64,000 bases of DNA from the NCBI GenBank assembly GCA_002698785.1, contig PAAG01000002.1, positions 22,601 through 86,600 on the forward strand. The letters run 5' to 3'. Below are positions 56,265 to 64,000 of the stretch, piece after piece (the stretch's first letter is position 1; each line of letters starts with the position of its first letter). Below the pieces are notes generated by a model. The model was not told the origin of the DNA and searched no databases. It saw nothing but the letters and a program-made list of their open reading frames with translations. The position numbers were made by a program, and so were the translations under genes. Source of the stretch: Verrucomicrobiales bacterium (lineage in GTDB: Bacteria > Verrucomicrobiota > Verrucomicrobiia > Verrucomicrobiales > DEV007).

Positions 56265-58037
56265 ATGGCTACCACCATTCCAGAAATTCCAGAGGATGCT
56301 CCTTTTACCGCAGAACAGCGCGAATGGTTGCGCAGTTACCTTTCTAAGCTTGTTGAAACCATGGGGGCTGCTGCAGGCACCCCCTCCGCTACTGCCGGCA
56401 AGCCACGTGCATTGCTGCTTTATGGCAGTCAGAGCGGAAATGCCCAGGCCCTTGCTGAAGGCTATGCCGAGATAATGAGCAACGACGGCTGGGGTGCCGA
56501 GGCGGTAAACATGGAAGATCACAGTCGCCTCGATCTCGCCCACGAACCGTTGATTTTGGTCATTGTCAGCACGTGGGGAGAAGGTGATCCGCCCGACAGC
56601 GCAGTAGAATTCTGGGAGAAATTTTCCTCCGACGAGCAACCGAAGCTTCCCAACTGCAAGTTTTCAGTCCTCGGCTTGGGTGATACCAACTATGCCGATT
56701 TCTGCGAGATGGGGAAACTCTTCGACGCGCGCCTCGAAGAACTCGGAGCCGAAAGAATCGCCCCAAGAGTCGATTGCGATGTCGACTACGAGGATCCTGC
56801 CGAAGAATGGTTCCGCGTGGTTTCCATGAAGCTCGATGAAATTGGAAAAGACTTCTTCATCACAACAGTCCAGACTGCCGGTGACACGGGAGTCGCGGAG
56901 GTGTCTCTCGAAGATATCCCTTACGGGAAAAAGAATCCTTTCCCAGCGACACTCACCTACCGGGAAAGGCTCAACAAAGAACCCTCTCCCCGGGATACGC
57001 GACACATCGAACTTTCCCTCGAAGGATCCGGTTTCGAGTATGAAGTCGGAGACGCCATCGCAACCTATCCGAAGAATCCCGAGGATCAGGTGGATGAAAT
57101 ACTCAGTATTCTTCCCTTCAATACTTCGGTCTCCGTGACAGCGCACACTGGACAGAAGATGCCTCTTCGTGACGCCCTGCTCGAGCACTACGATCTGAGG
57201 ACTGTGAACAAATCTATCCTGAAGAAATGGGCGGCACTAACCTGCCACCCATACCTTCTTGCAGCGATCGAAGACGACGAGGAACTGAACAAGATTCTTG
57301 ATGGAATCGAAGTCGTGGATCTCATTTACGATTTCCCTGCAGACTTCAAGAGTGGTCAGGAATTCATCGGTTTGCTCCGGAAACTCCAGCCACGTCTCTA
57401 TTCGATCGCCTCAAGCCCGAACGCTCATCCGGGCGAGGTACATCTCACGGTGGCTAAAGTCACTTACGAGACCAAAGGCAGACCACGCCGCGGAGTTTGC
57501 TCAACATTCCTTTGTGAGGGAATGAGCGAGAACGAGACTGTTCGAGTCTTCATGCAGCCTACGAAGCACTTCAAGCTTCCCGAAGACGGCAGCAAAGATA
57601 TCATCATGGTAGGCCCCGGAACAGGTATCGCTCCGTTCCGTGCTTTCCTCGAAGAACGCGAGGCTTCCAAAGCTACGGGAAGAAGCTGGCTGTTCTTCGG
57701 TAACCCGCACGAGAAGACTGACTACTTCTATCAGGAGCAGTTCGATAAGATGCAGGAGTCTGGCATTCTCACGCGTATCGACTGTGCCTGGTCACGAGAT
57801 CAGGAATACAAGATTTACGTGCAGGACAAGATTCGCGAGCACTCCGAAGAGATTTGGAACTGGCTCGAGGCAGGAGCTCACTTCTACGTCTGCGGTGATG
57901 CCACATACATGGCAGGTGACGTTGAGAAAGCCCTTTTCGATCTCATCCGAAAATACGGTGGGCACAACGACGAGGAAGCGGCAGAATACTTGAAGACACT
58001 CAAGGATCAGCACCGCTACCAGCGCGACGTCTACTGA
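56265..58037 (+). CDS. CysJ-like diflavin reductase (flavodoxin + FAD/NADPH domains)
   Basis: Flavodoxin LLLYGSQSGNAQ, FAD motif RLYSIASS, NADPH motif GPGTGIAPFR and C-terminus RYQRDVY. No cysI is adjacent. Confidence 0.85.
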   Translation: MATTIPEIPEDAPFTAEQREWLRSYLSKLVETMGAAAGTPSATAGKPRALLLYGSQSGNAQALAEGYAEIMSNDGWGAEAVNMEDHSRLDLAHEPLILVIVSTWGEGDPPDSAVEFWEKFSSDEQPKLPNCKFSVLGLGDTNYADFCEMGKLFDARLEELGAERIAPRVDCDVDYEDPAEEWFRVVSMKLDEIGKDFFITTVQTAGDTGVAEVSLEDIPYGKKNPFPATLTYRERLNKEPSPRDTRHIELSLEGSGFEYEVGDAIATYPKNPEDQVDEILSILPFNTSVSVTAHTGQKMPLRDALLEHYDLRTVNKSILKKWAALTCHPYLLAAIEDDEELNKILDGIEVVDLIYDFPADFKSGQEFIGLLRKLQPRLYSIASSPNAHPGEVHLTVAKVTYETKGRPRRGVCSTFLCEGMSENETVRVFMQPTKHFKLPEDGSKDIIMVGPGTGIAPFRAFLEEREASKATGRSWLFFGNPHEKTDYFYQEQFDKMQESGILTRIDCAWSRDQEYKIYVQDKIREHSEEIWNWLEAGAHFYVCGDATYMAGDVEKALFDLIRKYGGHNDEEAAEYLKTLKDQHRYQRDVY

Positions 58038-58197
58038 GAATAGACGCTCCGCTGGATTCCGATATGGCCGGAACCGATAGTACTTCGGTTTCCGGTCAAA
58101 ACGGACGTGTAGCAAGTGCACTCCCCTCCCGAGCTCTCACTCGCTTTCCCAGATAAACTGGGAGCGCTATTTCTGTGAATGCAAATTGAGGCGTGAA

Positions 58198-58923
58198 CTA
58201 CTCGTCGTCCAACTTTCGGAAAACGTAGAAGCCAAACCCCATTGTCGTACGGCCCCATTTTTCGTAGCCCTCTCGCCACTCGCGAGCCCTTTCCCGTTTG
58301 GCCTGCTTGTCAGGGTCGTCAGGATTCTCTTTCGCCATCGCGTGCACTTTTTTGCTGAACGCATCTTCAAACGCATCCCATTCTTCGGTAGTGCTCGTCG
58401 CTGCATACAGAGGCAAAAGGCCAAGATTTTCCGCGAGAGCGATATTCTCTTCGTGGGTTCGGTAGATTCCAACTGGCTCGCCTATCAACTCAAGATATTC
58501 GGGGTCGGGTTCTTGCTTCCAATATCCCTCACCGATCAAGAGGCAGCCATCTGCTCTTACGGCCTTGATCATCTTTTCAAGACAGGTGGGAAACGCTTCC
58601 TCTCCCGTTCCGAAAGCGTGACTCGCTCCCAGGCAGATGGCCAAATCAAATGCATTCGCTTTCAGAGAAGTCTTGGTAAGGTCGCCTTTCCGGAACGTGC
58701 AGGTTAAATCCGGAATTCGCTGTGATGCCTTCTCCCGGGCGAGTTTCAGCAGAGACGAATCAATGTCGATGCCAAGGCCTTCCGACCCGGAGTGCTTTAA
58801 ATACTCGATGAGAAAATCCCCATCTCCACAGCCCGCATCCACAACAGTCGCATCTGAAGTGACTGGGATGATTTCGATCAGGCGGGACGCACGAGCCGAG
58901 CTGAGAGGTACGTTGAAGGACAT
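58198..58923 (-). CDS. Class I SAM-dependent methyltransferase
   Basis: Motif I VVDAGCGDGDF and motif II-like DLAICLGASHAF. Confidence 0.8.
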   Translation of the reverse strand: MSFNVPLSSARASRLIEIIPVTSDATVVDAGCGDGDFLIEYLKHSGSEGLGIDIDSSLLKLAREKASQRIPDLTCTFRKGDLTKTSLKANAFDLAICLGASHAFGTGEEAFPTCLEKMIKAVRADGCLLIGEGYWKQEPDPEYLELIGEPVGIYRTHEENIALAENLGLLPLYAATSTTEEWDAFEDAFSKKVHAMAKENPDDPDKQAKRERAREWREGYEKWGRTTMGFGFYVFRKLDDE

Positions 58924-58928
58924 ATGAG

Positions 58929-60164
58929 CTATTTCACCCCCAGCGCCTCGACTCTCTGAGTCACAGGAGGATGGGTGTAATTGAGAAAAACGTAGAATGG
59001 GTGTGGAGTCAGGTTGCTCAAATTGTCTTTGCTGAGCTTTCGCAGTGCATCTGCCATCGCCTCAGGATTCCCGGTAACCTCAGCAGCATACGCATCGGCT
59101 TCGAACTCATGCTTTCGGCTCAACAAATTACTTCCTATGGAGAGCACTTCATTCACTGGCGACATGAGAATGCCGAACAGCACAAGACTGACGTAAACAC
59201 TGGTTTCTTTCACACCGAATGCATCAAACAGAGAACGGTTCTCCATCATCTGCCCCAAAAGGAAAAACATCACTCCTGTCGTCAAAATCCCGATCACGAG
59301 TGACTTCACGATGTGCCGCTTTTTGAAATGCCCGATTTCGTGAGCCAGCACTCCGACAAGTTCAGGAACGGTGTGCTTTTCAATCAAGGTATCGAATAGC
59401 GCGATCCGCTTATTGTTCCCAAATCCCGTGAAAAAGGCATTCGATTTCGCAGACCGTTTCGATCCGTCCATCACGGAAACTTCCTTCAACGGGAACTCGC
59501 ATTTCTCGGCCATCTCGTGAATCTCAGCCTTCAGTTCACCATCCTCCAACGGCTCAAACTTGTTAAAGAGAGGCATGATCCAAGTCGGCGCCACGTAGGC
59601 GAGCAACAAGGAGAAAGCCGTGACTAACACCCATCCCCACAGCCACGCCATGGGCACGGTCTGGAAAATCCAAAGCAACAGCGCCAACAGAGGCGCACCA
59701 ATAATCACACCAAGAATGGCTCCCTTCGCTCGATCTGCAATCCACGTCGCCAGAGTCGTTCGATTAAATCCAAACTGTTCCTCGATGTTAAAGGTCGAAT
59801 ACAAATCAAACGGAATAGAGAGCAATTGCTGTCCGACGACTAGCGCACCGACGAAAAGCATCCCCGTAAGAATGGGACCTTTTCCCAAACCACGCACCGC
59901 CTCGTCCAGCCAGCCAAAGCCACCCAACCACCAGAAGGTGAACAGCACAAGCAGCGAAAAGATCCCCTCAGCAATGGAGAAAACAGCTCTCGCTTGAGTG
60001 TATTCCTGCGACTTCTCGTAGGCCTCCGCGTCCACATATTCCTGGAAGGTCTCCGGAATGTCGGGACTCAGGGATTTCAAGTTCAGGAGATTAGCGATCA
60101 GGTCGACTTTCCACAGAAGAAACAGACCGAGAACAATTGCGATAAACCAGAAGTTGTACTGCAT
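58929..60164 (-). CDS. M48-family (Ste24-like) zinc metallopeptidase
   Basis: Multiple TM helices, the HEIGHFKKRH (HExxH) motif and a downstream EFEADAYA. Confidence 0.88.
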   Translation of the reverse strand: MQYNFWFIAIVLGLFLLWKVDLIANLLNLKSLSPDIPETFQEYVDAEAYEKSQEYTQARAVFSIAEGIFSLLVLFTFWWLGGFGWLDEAVRGLGKGPILTGMLFVGALVVGQQLLSIPFDLYSTFNIEEQFGFNRTTLATWIADRAKGAILGVIIGAPLLALLLWIFQTVPMAWLWGWVLVTAFSLLLAYVAPTWIMPLFNKFEPLEDGELKAEIHEMAEKCEFPLKEVSVMDGSKRSAKSNAFFTGFGNNKRIALFDTLIEKHTVPELVGVLAHEIGHFKKRHIVKSLVIGILTTGVMFFLLGQMMENRSLFDAFGVKETSVYVSLVLFGILMSPVNEVLSIGSNLLSRKHEFEADAYAAEVTGNPEAMADALRKLSKDNLSNLTPHPFYVFLNYTHPPVTQRVEALGVK

Positions 60165-60197
60165 CGATGACGAAAATACGAGGGGGAAAGCACTACA

Positions 60198-60584
60198 CTA
60201 GTCCTGTTCCCCTTTTGAATCCTCCAATTTCTGAAGATTCTCCTGCGCCAGTCTCCTTGCTTCTTCAGCCGCTTCCGACAATTCATCCTCCAACTGGTCC
60301 ATTCGCTCCTGGTGCTCCCTGCGAATCTGTAAAAGATCGTATACCGCCAGCATGAGAACAAACCCTGCGAGCAGAAAACACAACGCCCAGAACAAAAAGA
60401 AAGACATAGGCCTGGCCATAAGTACTTTGGCCAGCGGAACAGCTCCCGCAAAAACCAGGGCCAGCGTCACGAGCGTGGTGATAAAAAGCAGGTTTCGCCG
60501 ATACGGCCGGTGCCGCAAAATCACCCATCCCGTTGCGACGCCCATCGCCACCTTGCCTGTAGTTTTTCCAGTTTCATCTTCCAC
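60198..60584 (-). CDS. Hypothetical membrane protein with C-terminal coiled coil
   Basis: Three TM segments followed by a charged helical tail. It lies 33 nt upstream of the M48 gene. Confidence 0.5.
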   Translation of the reverse strand: MEDETGKTTGKVAMGVATGWVILRHRPYRRNLLFITTLVTLALVFAGAVPLAKVLMARPMSFFLFWALCFLLAGFVLMLAVYDLLQIRREHQERMDQLEDELSEAAEEARRLAQENLQKLEDSKGEQD

Positions 60585-60657
60585 ACTTTGATCGAATCAC
60601 AATCCCTCGCCCGTGGCGATCTTGTTTTTTCTTCTGAGACCTGTAGGCTCTCCTTCA

Positions 60658-61539
60658 ATGCCTCACGAGCGCCTGACAGTCCTGAAAACCTACAAACTCT
60701 ACATCGGGGGAAAGTTCCCCAGATCCGAGAGTGGCCGAACCATGCCTGCGAAGAAACAGTCCGACGGAACTCATCTCGCCCACTACAGCCATGCGTCACG
60801 GAAAGACCTGCGCGATGCTGTGGTGGCGGCCCGAAGCGCCTTTGCGGGCTGGAGAAAAGCCACCCATTATCTCCGCGGGCAGATCCTCTACCGCGCAGCA
60901 GAGATGATGGAAGGCCGACGCCAAAACTTTCTCGACGAAATACAGGCACTGACCAACCAGCCAATCAAAGACATTTCGCGCGAGATCGACGCCTCCGTTG
61001 ACCGTCTCGTTCAGTTCGCAGGCTGGAGCGATAAGTATGCCCAGATTTTCAGCTCGGTAAATCCTGTGGCATCACCACACCACAACTGGACCGAACCAGA
61101 TCCTGTCGGAGTGGTGGGCGTCATCTCCCCTGACGAACCCAGCCTTCTTGGTTTGGTGACAATGATCGCATCCACTATTGTCAGCGGTAACTCTCTGGTC
61201 GCCATCACGTCGGAGACAGCACCCCTTCCCGCCATCACCTTGGCTGAAGTTTTCGCTACCAGCGATCTACCCGCCGGTGTCGTCAACATTCTCACCGGAA
61301 AACGAGCCGAACTTGCCCCCTGGCTGGCCAATCACATGGACGTCAATGCCATCGTAGACGCCAGCGGAGACAACGAAATTGCAAAGACAATCAGCAGAGG
61401 TGCATCAAAGAATCTAAAACGCATATCCTCACGCCCGGTCGAAGATTCGGAGGATTGGTATGGCGAGCCCGGTTCCGACCCGTATCGAATCCTTGATACA
61501 GTCGAGTTCAAGACCACGTGGCACCCAGTCGGCGCGTAA
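60658..61539 (+). CDS. Aldehyde dehydrogenase-like protein lacking the catalytic domain
   Basis: The ALDH N-terminal/NAD-binding part is recognisable (YKLYIGGKF, DLRDAVVAARSAFAGW, GVVGVISP, LPAGVVNILTG, SKNLKR). The protein ends about 40 aa later, at 293 aa. No ELGGK or catalytic Cys block is present. Confidence 0.65.
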   Translation: MPHERLTVLKTYKLYIGGKFPRSESGRTMPAKKQSDGTHLAHYSHASRKDLRDAVVAARSAFAGWRKATHYLRGQILYRAAEMMEGRRQNFLDEIQALTNQPIKDISREIDASVDRLVQFAGWSDKYAQIFSSVNPVASPHHNWTEPDPVGVVGVISPDEPSLLGLVTMIASTIVSGNSLVAITSETAPLPAITLAEVFATSDLPAGVVNILTGKRAELAPWLANHMDVNAIVDASGDNEIAKTISRGASKNLKRISSRPVEDSEDWYGEPGSDPYRILDTVEFKTTWHPVGA

Positions 61540-62775
61540 TCATTTGCCGATACAGTAAAGATACTCCTGGCGGTCACCACTCACTTCCGCCGTCCGGATG
61601 AGAATGTTGTCGTCAACAAAGACCGGAGTTGCGAACCCTTCATCGCCGAGAGTGTTCTCGGCAATCCTCACAAATTTCTCTGGATTCGGTTCAAAAACAT
61701 AGGTGATCCCACGTTCGTTCAGCGCATAGATTTTGCCGTCCGCGAGAATTGGTGAGGCACTCACTGGCCCTCCCAGGCGTTCTTTCCATTTTTCCTCACC
61801 GGTCTCCGCGTCCCAGCAAACTGCAATACCGTTGTCGTTCAACGTGTACACATGCCCGTCGTGGTAGAGCATGGATTGCTCGTACGATTTCTCACCATTC
61901 TTCCAGATCACCTCTGCAGATCCGTCCGCACGCACAGCAACTGTCTCCTTATTTGGAAAACCACCACTCGCAAAGACGGTATCACCACTCCAGACGAGCG
62001 TTCCACAAGTCACTTTGCAGGTCCCGGGCGCTTCCCAGAGCAGTGCTCCGCTCATGGGATCAAAGCTGCTCACTTTATCATTTCCGCTCAGAAGAAGCTG
62101 CTCCCGCCCAGCCACTTTCCCCACAATGGGCGAAGAATACGTTGTCGGGATTTCCCTTTTCACCCTCCAGACCTCGCTCCCGTCAGCAACATTGTATGCG
62201 GCCAGAAAACCATCTTCCCACTCTGAACTCACGATCACAGTGTCCTTGTAAACCGTGGGGCTTGCCGAATACCCAAACTTATACTCGCATTCAAAGCCTC
62301 CCGTGTCGATTTGCCATAGAACGTCTCCTTTCAAATCGAGCGCGGTCAGCATGATCCGTTCCCTGTTATGGAATGTCACAAACACTCGTTTTCCATCCGA
62401 TGCCGGCGTGGAAGATGCTGCGCTGTTCTTCTTGTGCAGCTTTTCAGGCAGCCCACCATCATGAGCCCGTGCTTTCCAGGCTATCCCTCCGTCCTCCATC
62501 CTGTAGGCGAGAACGAACTGACCATCCTCTGTCGCTGTCGTCACGACGACCAGGCCATTTACCACAATCGGAGTCGACATACCCCTACCCGGAATAAGAG
62601 CCTTCCAGCGAACGTTTTCCGACTCACTCCATTCCGTAACCGGCGCAACGCTTTCTGGGGCGATGCCATTCTGGTTCGGCCCGCGCCACTGGAGCCATTC
62701 GGAAGAGCCTAACCCGAAGGAGGAGCTGAAAATAGTTGCGACCGAAACGATTTGGAGAAACCTGCAGATACTCAT
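61540..62775 (-). CDS. PQQ-like beta-propeller repeat protein (BamB-like fold)
   Basis: Signal peptide, WLQWRGPNQNGI and repeated (A/S)SP(I/T)V...G..YAL-type blades. Confidence 0.75.
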   Translation of the reverse strand: MSICRFLQIVSVATIFSSSFGLGSSEWLQWRGPNQNGIAPESVAPVTEWSESENVRWKALIPGRGMSTPIVVNGLVVVTTATEDGQFVLAYRMEDGGIAWKARAHDGGLPEKLHKKNSAASSTPASDGKRVFVTFHNRERIMLTALDLKGDVLWQIDTGGFECEYKFGYSASPTVYKDTVIVSSEWEDGFLAAYNVADGSEVWRVKREIPTTYSSPIVGKVAGREQLLLSGNDKVSSFDPMSGALLWEAPGTCKVTCGTLVWSGDTVFASGGFPNKETVAVRADGSAEVIWKNGEKSYEQSMLYHDGHVYTLNDNGIAVCWDAETGEEKWKERLGGPVSASPILADGKIYALNERGITYVFEPNPEKFVRIAENTLGDEGFATPVFVDDNILIRTAEVSGDRQEYLYCIGK

Positions 62776-62815
62776 CGTAAAAAATGTGGAAATCCCAACA
62801 ATAGAATGACAAGAT

Positions 62816-63049
62816 ATGCCTAGTCCAAAAAGGAAGCGCGTAAAGATGCCCGATCCCGTAGAAGAATCAAAATCCGGACCCAGCCTATACCGTCAGTTTC
62901 TCGACGAAAGAGACGAAATTCTCAAATACAAGTGGGTTCGCAGCGAAGAAGTCGGGCACGACATTGGATTTGAAACCGCCTTGATCAATTGGACCCGCAA
63001 TCATCGGGAACAGTGGAAAAAAGACTATTTCAAATCCAGCCGCAATTGA
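62816..63049 (+). CDS. Hypothetical small protein
   Basis: 77-aa ORF; ILKYKWVRSEEVGHDIGFETALINWTRNHREQW looks conserved but is unassigned. Confidence 0.45.
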   Translation: MPSPKRKRVKMPDPVEESKSGPSLYRQFLDERDEILKYKWVRSEEVGHDIGFETALINWTRNHREQWKKDYFKSSRN

Positions 63050-63065
63050 TTGGGTACCACCTCCC

Positions 63066-63656
63066 TCAGCGCGAGGCAAACTGAGAGGGATCAGACGTTG
63101 TATCCTGGTCCGGATGAAGGGCTGCGGTAATGGTGCAAGTTGTTCGCACGATTTGGTGAGCCTCTGCGTAAGCTGTACCCGATTCGGGAAAAAACGCTAC
63201 TAGCTCCTGAGCTTCCGAAATGTTGTCTTCCCCTACCAACTCGCGCACATCGGCGAGAAGCGCTTCTTCAATGACGTAGTGAACGCGAGGCATTTTGTGC
63301 TGCAATTCAAAAGCCAGACGATAAGCTGACTTGTAGTCTCCTGAGCGATAGATGCTCATTGCCAGGCCCTCGCAGGCAACTTCACTCTTCGGATTCGCAG
63401 AAAGAGCGCCGAGAAATTTCTCAATAGCCGAAGTCCACTCCTTCTTGTCAAAGTGCTTCCAGGCCTCACTTATCGCTTCCCGCTCTTTCGCTGTAGATAA
63501 GTCGCTTGCACTTACTTTACCCGCAGTTTGGAGATAAACTTTCTTTGCCTCCATCGGGCGATACACGCGTGATGTCTCTTGGTCGTCGGCATTCAGTACT
63601 CCAGAGGTTACAAGGAGGGAGAGAAGCGAAACAGAGCAGATATTTTTAAATTTCAT
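63066..63656 (-). CDS. Hypothetical secreted TPR-like protein
   Basis: Signal peptide and helical repeats (WTSAIEKFLGALSANP, GDYKSAYRLAFELQ). An AT-rich promoter region lies upstream at 63657-63766. Confidence 0.55.
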   Translation of the reverse strand: MKFKNICSVSLLSLLVTSGVLNADDQETSRVYRPMEAKKVYLQTAGKVSASDLSTAKEREAISEAWKHFDKKEWTSAIEKFLGALSANPKSEVACEGLAMSIYRSGDYKSAYRLAFELQHKMPRVHYVIEEALLADVRELVGEDNISEAQELVAFFPESGTAYAEAHQIVRTTCTITAALHPDQDTTSDPSQFASR

Positions 63657-63766
63657 GGGAAGCAGGTGTCGTTCTTTTAAAAACTTACCCGCTTCAATTA
63701 GTTAAAGCAATCAAATATTATAAATTTCTTAAATAGTTTTTTCAACATTGCGAAAACTTAACATTT

Positions 63767-64000
63767 TCAGGAAGGTGCGTTCGCTTCCTCAATCAATCGA
63801 GTGATCTGCAGCGCCACATCCAGAGCATCGGCTCCCTGCTGTCCACTTACTTTCGGCTGCTCGCCCCGTGACGAACATTCGACAAAGGCAGCCAACTCGC
63901 ACTTCAGCGGCTCATCTCTTTCCACTTCCACTTCTTCGCGAGTGATTTCAAAACCGTCCTTGCGATAGATCCAGCCACTCTGGTCCTGGTAATCGAGTGA
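63767..64000 (-). CDS. C-terminal fragment of Gfo/Idh/MocA-family oxidoreductase (5' end outside window)
   Basis: The reverse-strand frame stays open to the window edge: ...EPLKCELAAFVECSSRGEQPKVSGQQGADALDVALQITRLIEEANAPS, stop at 63767-63769. It is absent from the ORF track because no start codon lies in the window. Confidence 0.6.
   Translation of the reverse strand, partial: SLDYQDQSGWIYRKDGFEITREEVEVERDEPLKCELAAFVECSSRGEQPKVSGQQGADALDVALQITRLIEEANAPS

Noticed and set aside
58066-58097. Hairpin GGCCGGAACCGA...TCGGTTTCCGGTC as a bidirectional terminator between the cysJ-like and methyltransferase genes
   Set aside because: The stem is imperfect and neither side has a T-tract. This is too weak to call.
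1-64000. tRNA, rRNA, transposase or phage integrase genes
   Set aside because: None were recognised in intergenic regions or ORF translations. This was a scan by eye only, so tRNAscan-SE, Infernal and ISfinder should confirm it.

Overview
This 64-kb chromosomal segment looks like a PVC-superphylum genome, most likely Verrucomicrobiota. The hallmarks are two PSCyt/DUF1549/DUF1553 + DUF1501 gene pairs, a roughly 1000-aa PVC-type heme-binding CxxCH protein, a sulfatase and a BatA-BatB-BatD-BatE operon. Shine-Dalgarno sequences are mostly absent.

Housekeeping content: a class A PBP, gdhA, carboxynorspermidine dehydrogenase plus decarboxylase, lysA, rpmF-plsX-fabH, rsmB, a GlcD/GlcF-like oxidase, a CysJ-like diflavin reductase and an M48 peptidase.

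An accessory stretch lies between about 15.1 and 30.2 kb:
- A 600-bp non-coding region with helically phased CATTTTC repeats.
- A run of about 10 same-strand small unrelated ORFs, two of them decayed.
- Two paralogous antitoxin/ParE-RelE modules, one with a pseudogenised toxin.
- An ECF sigma/anti-sigma pair.
- A small-protein + AbiEii-type nucleotidyltransferase pair.

Main finding: the first inter-ORF gaps carry a homologous 125-137 nt element that ends in GAACGTTCGGC just upstream of the next start codon. One copy (16676-16800) folds by eye like an integron attC site. I propose an integron-like cassette array with no integrase in the window (CALIN-like). This needs a covariance-model check and is not established.

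No rRNA, tRNA, CRISPR array or transposase was recognised. All calls come from reading the sequence and ORF translations and recalling family motifs. No database search was run.
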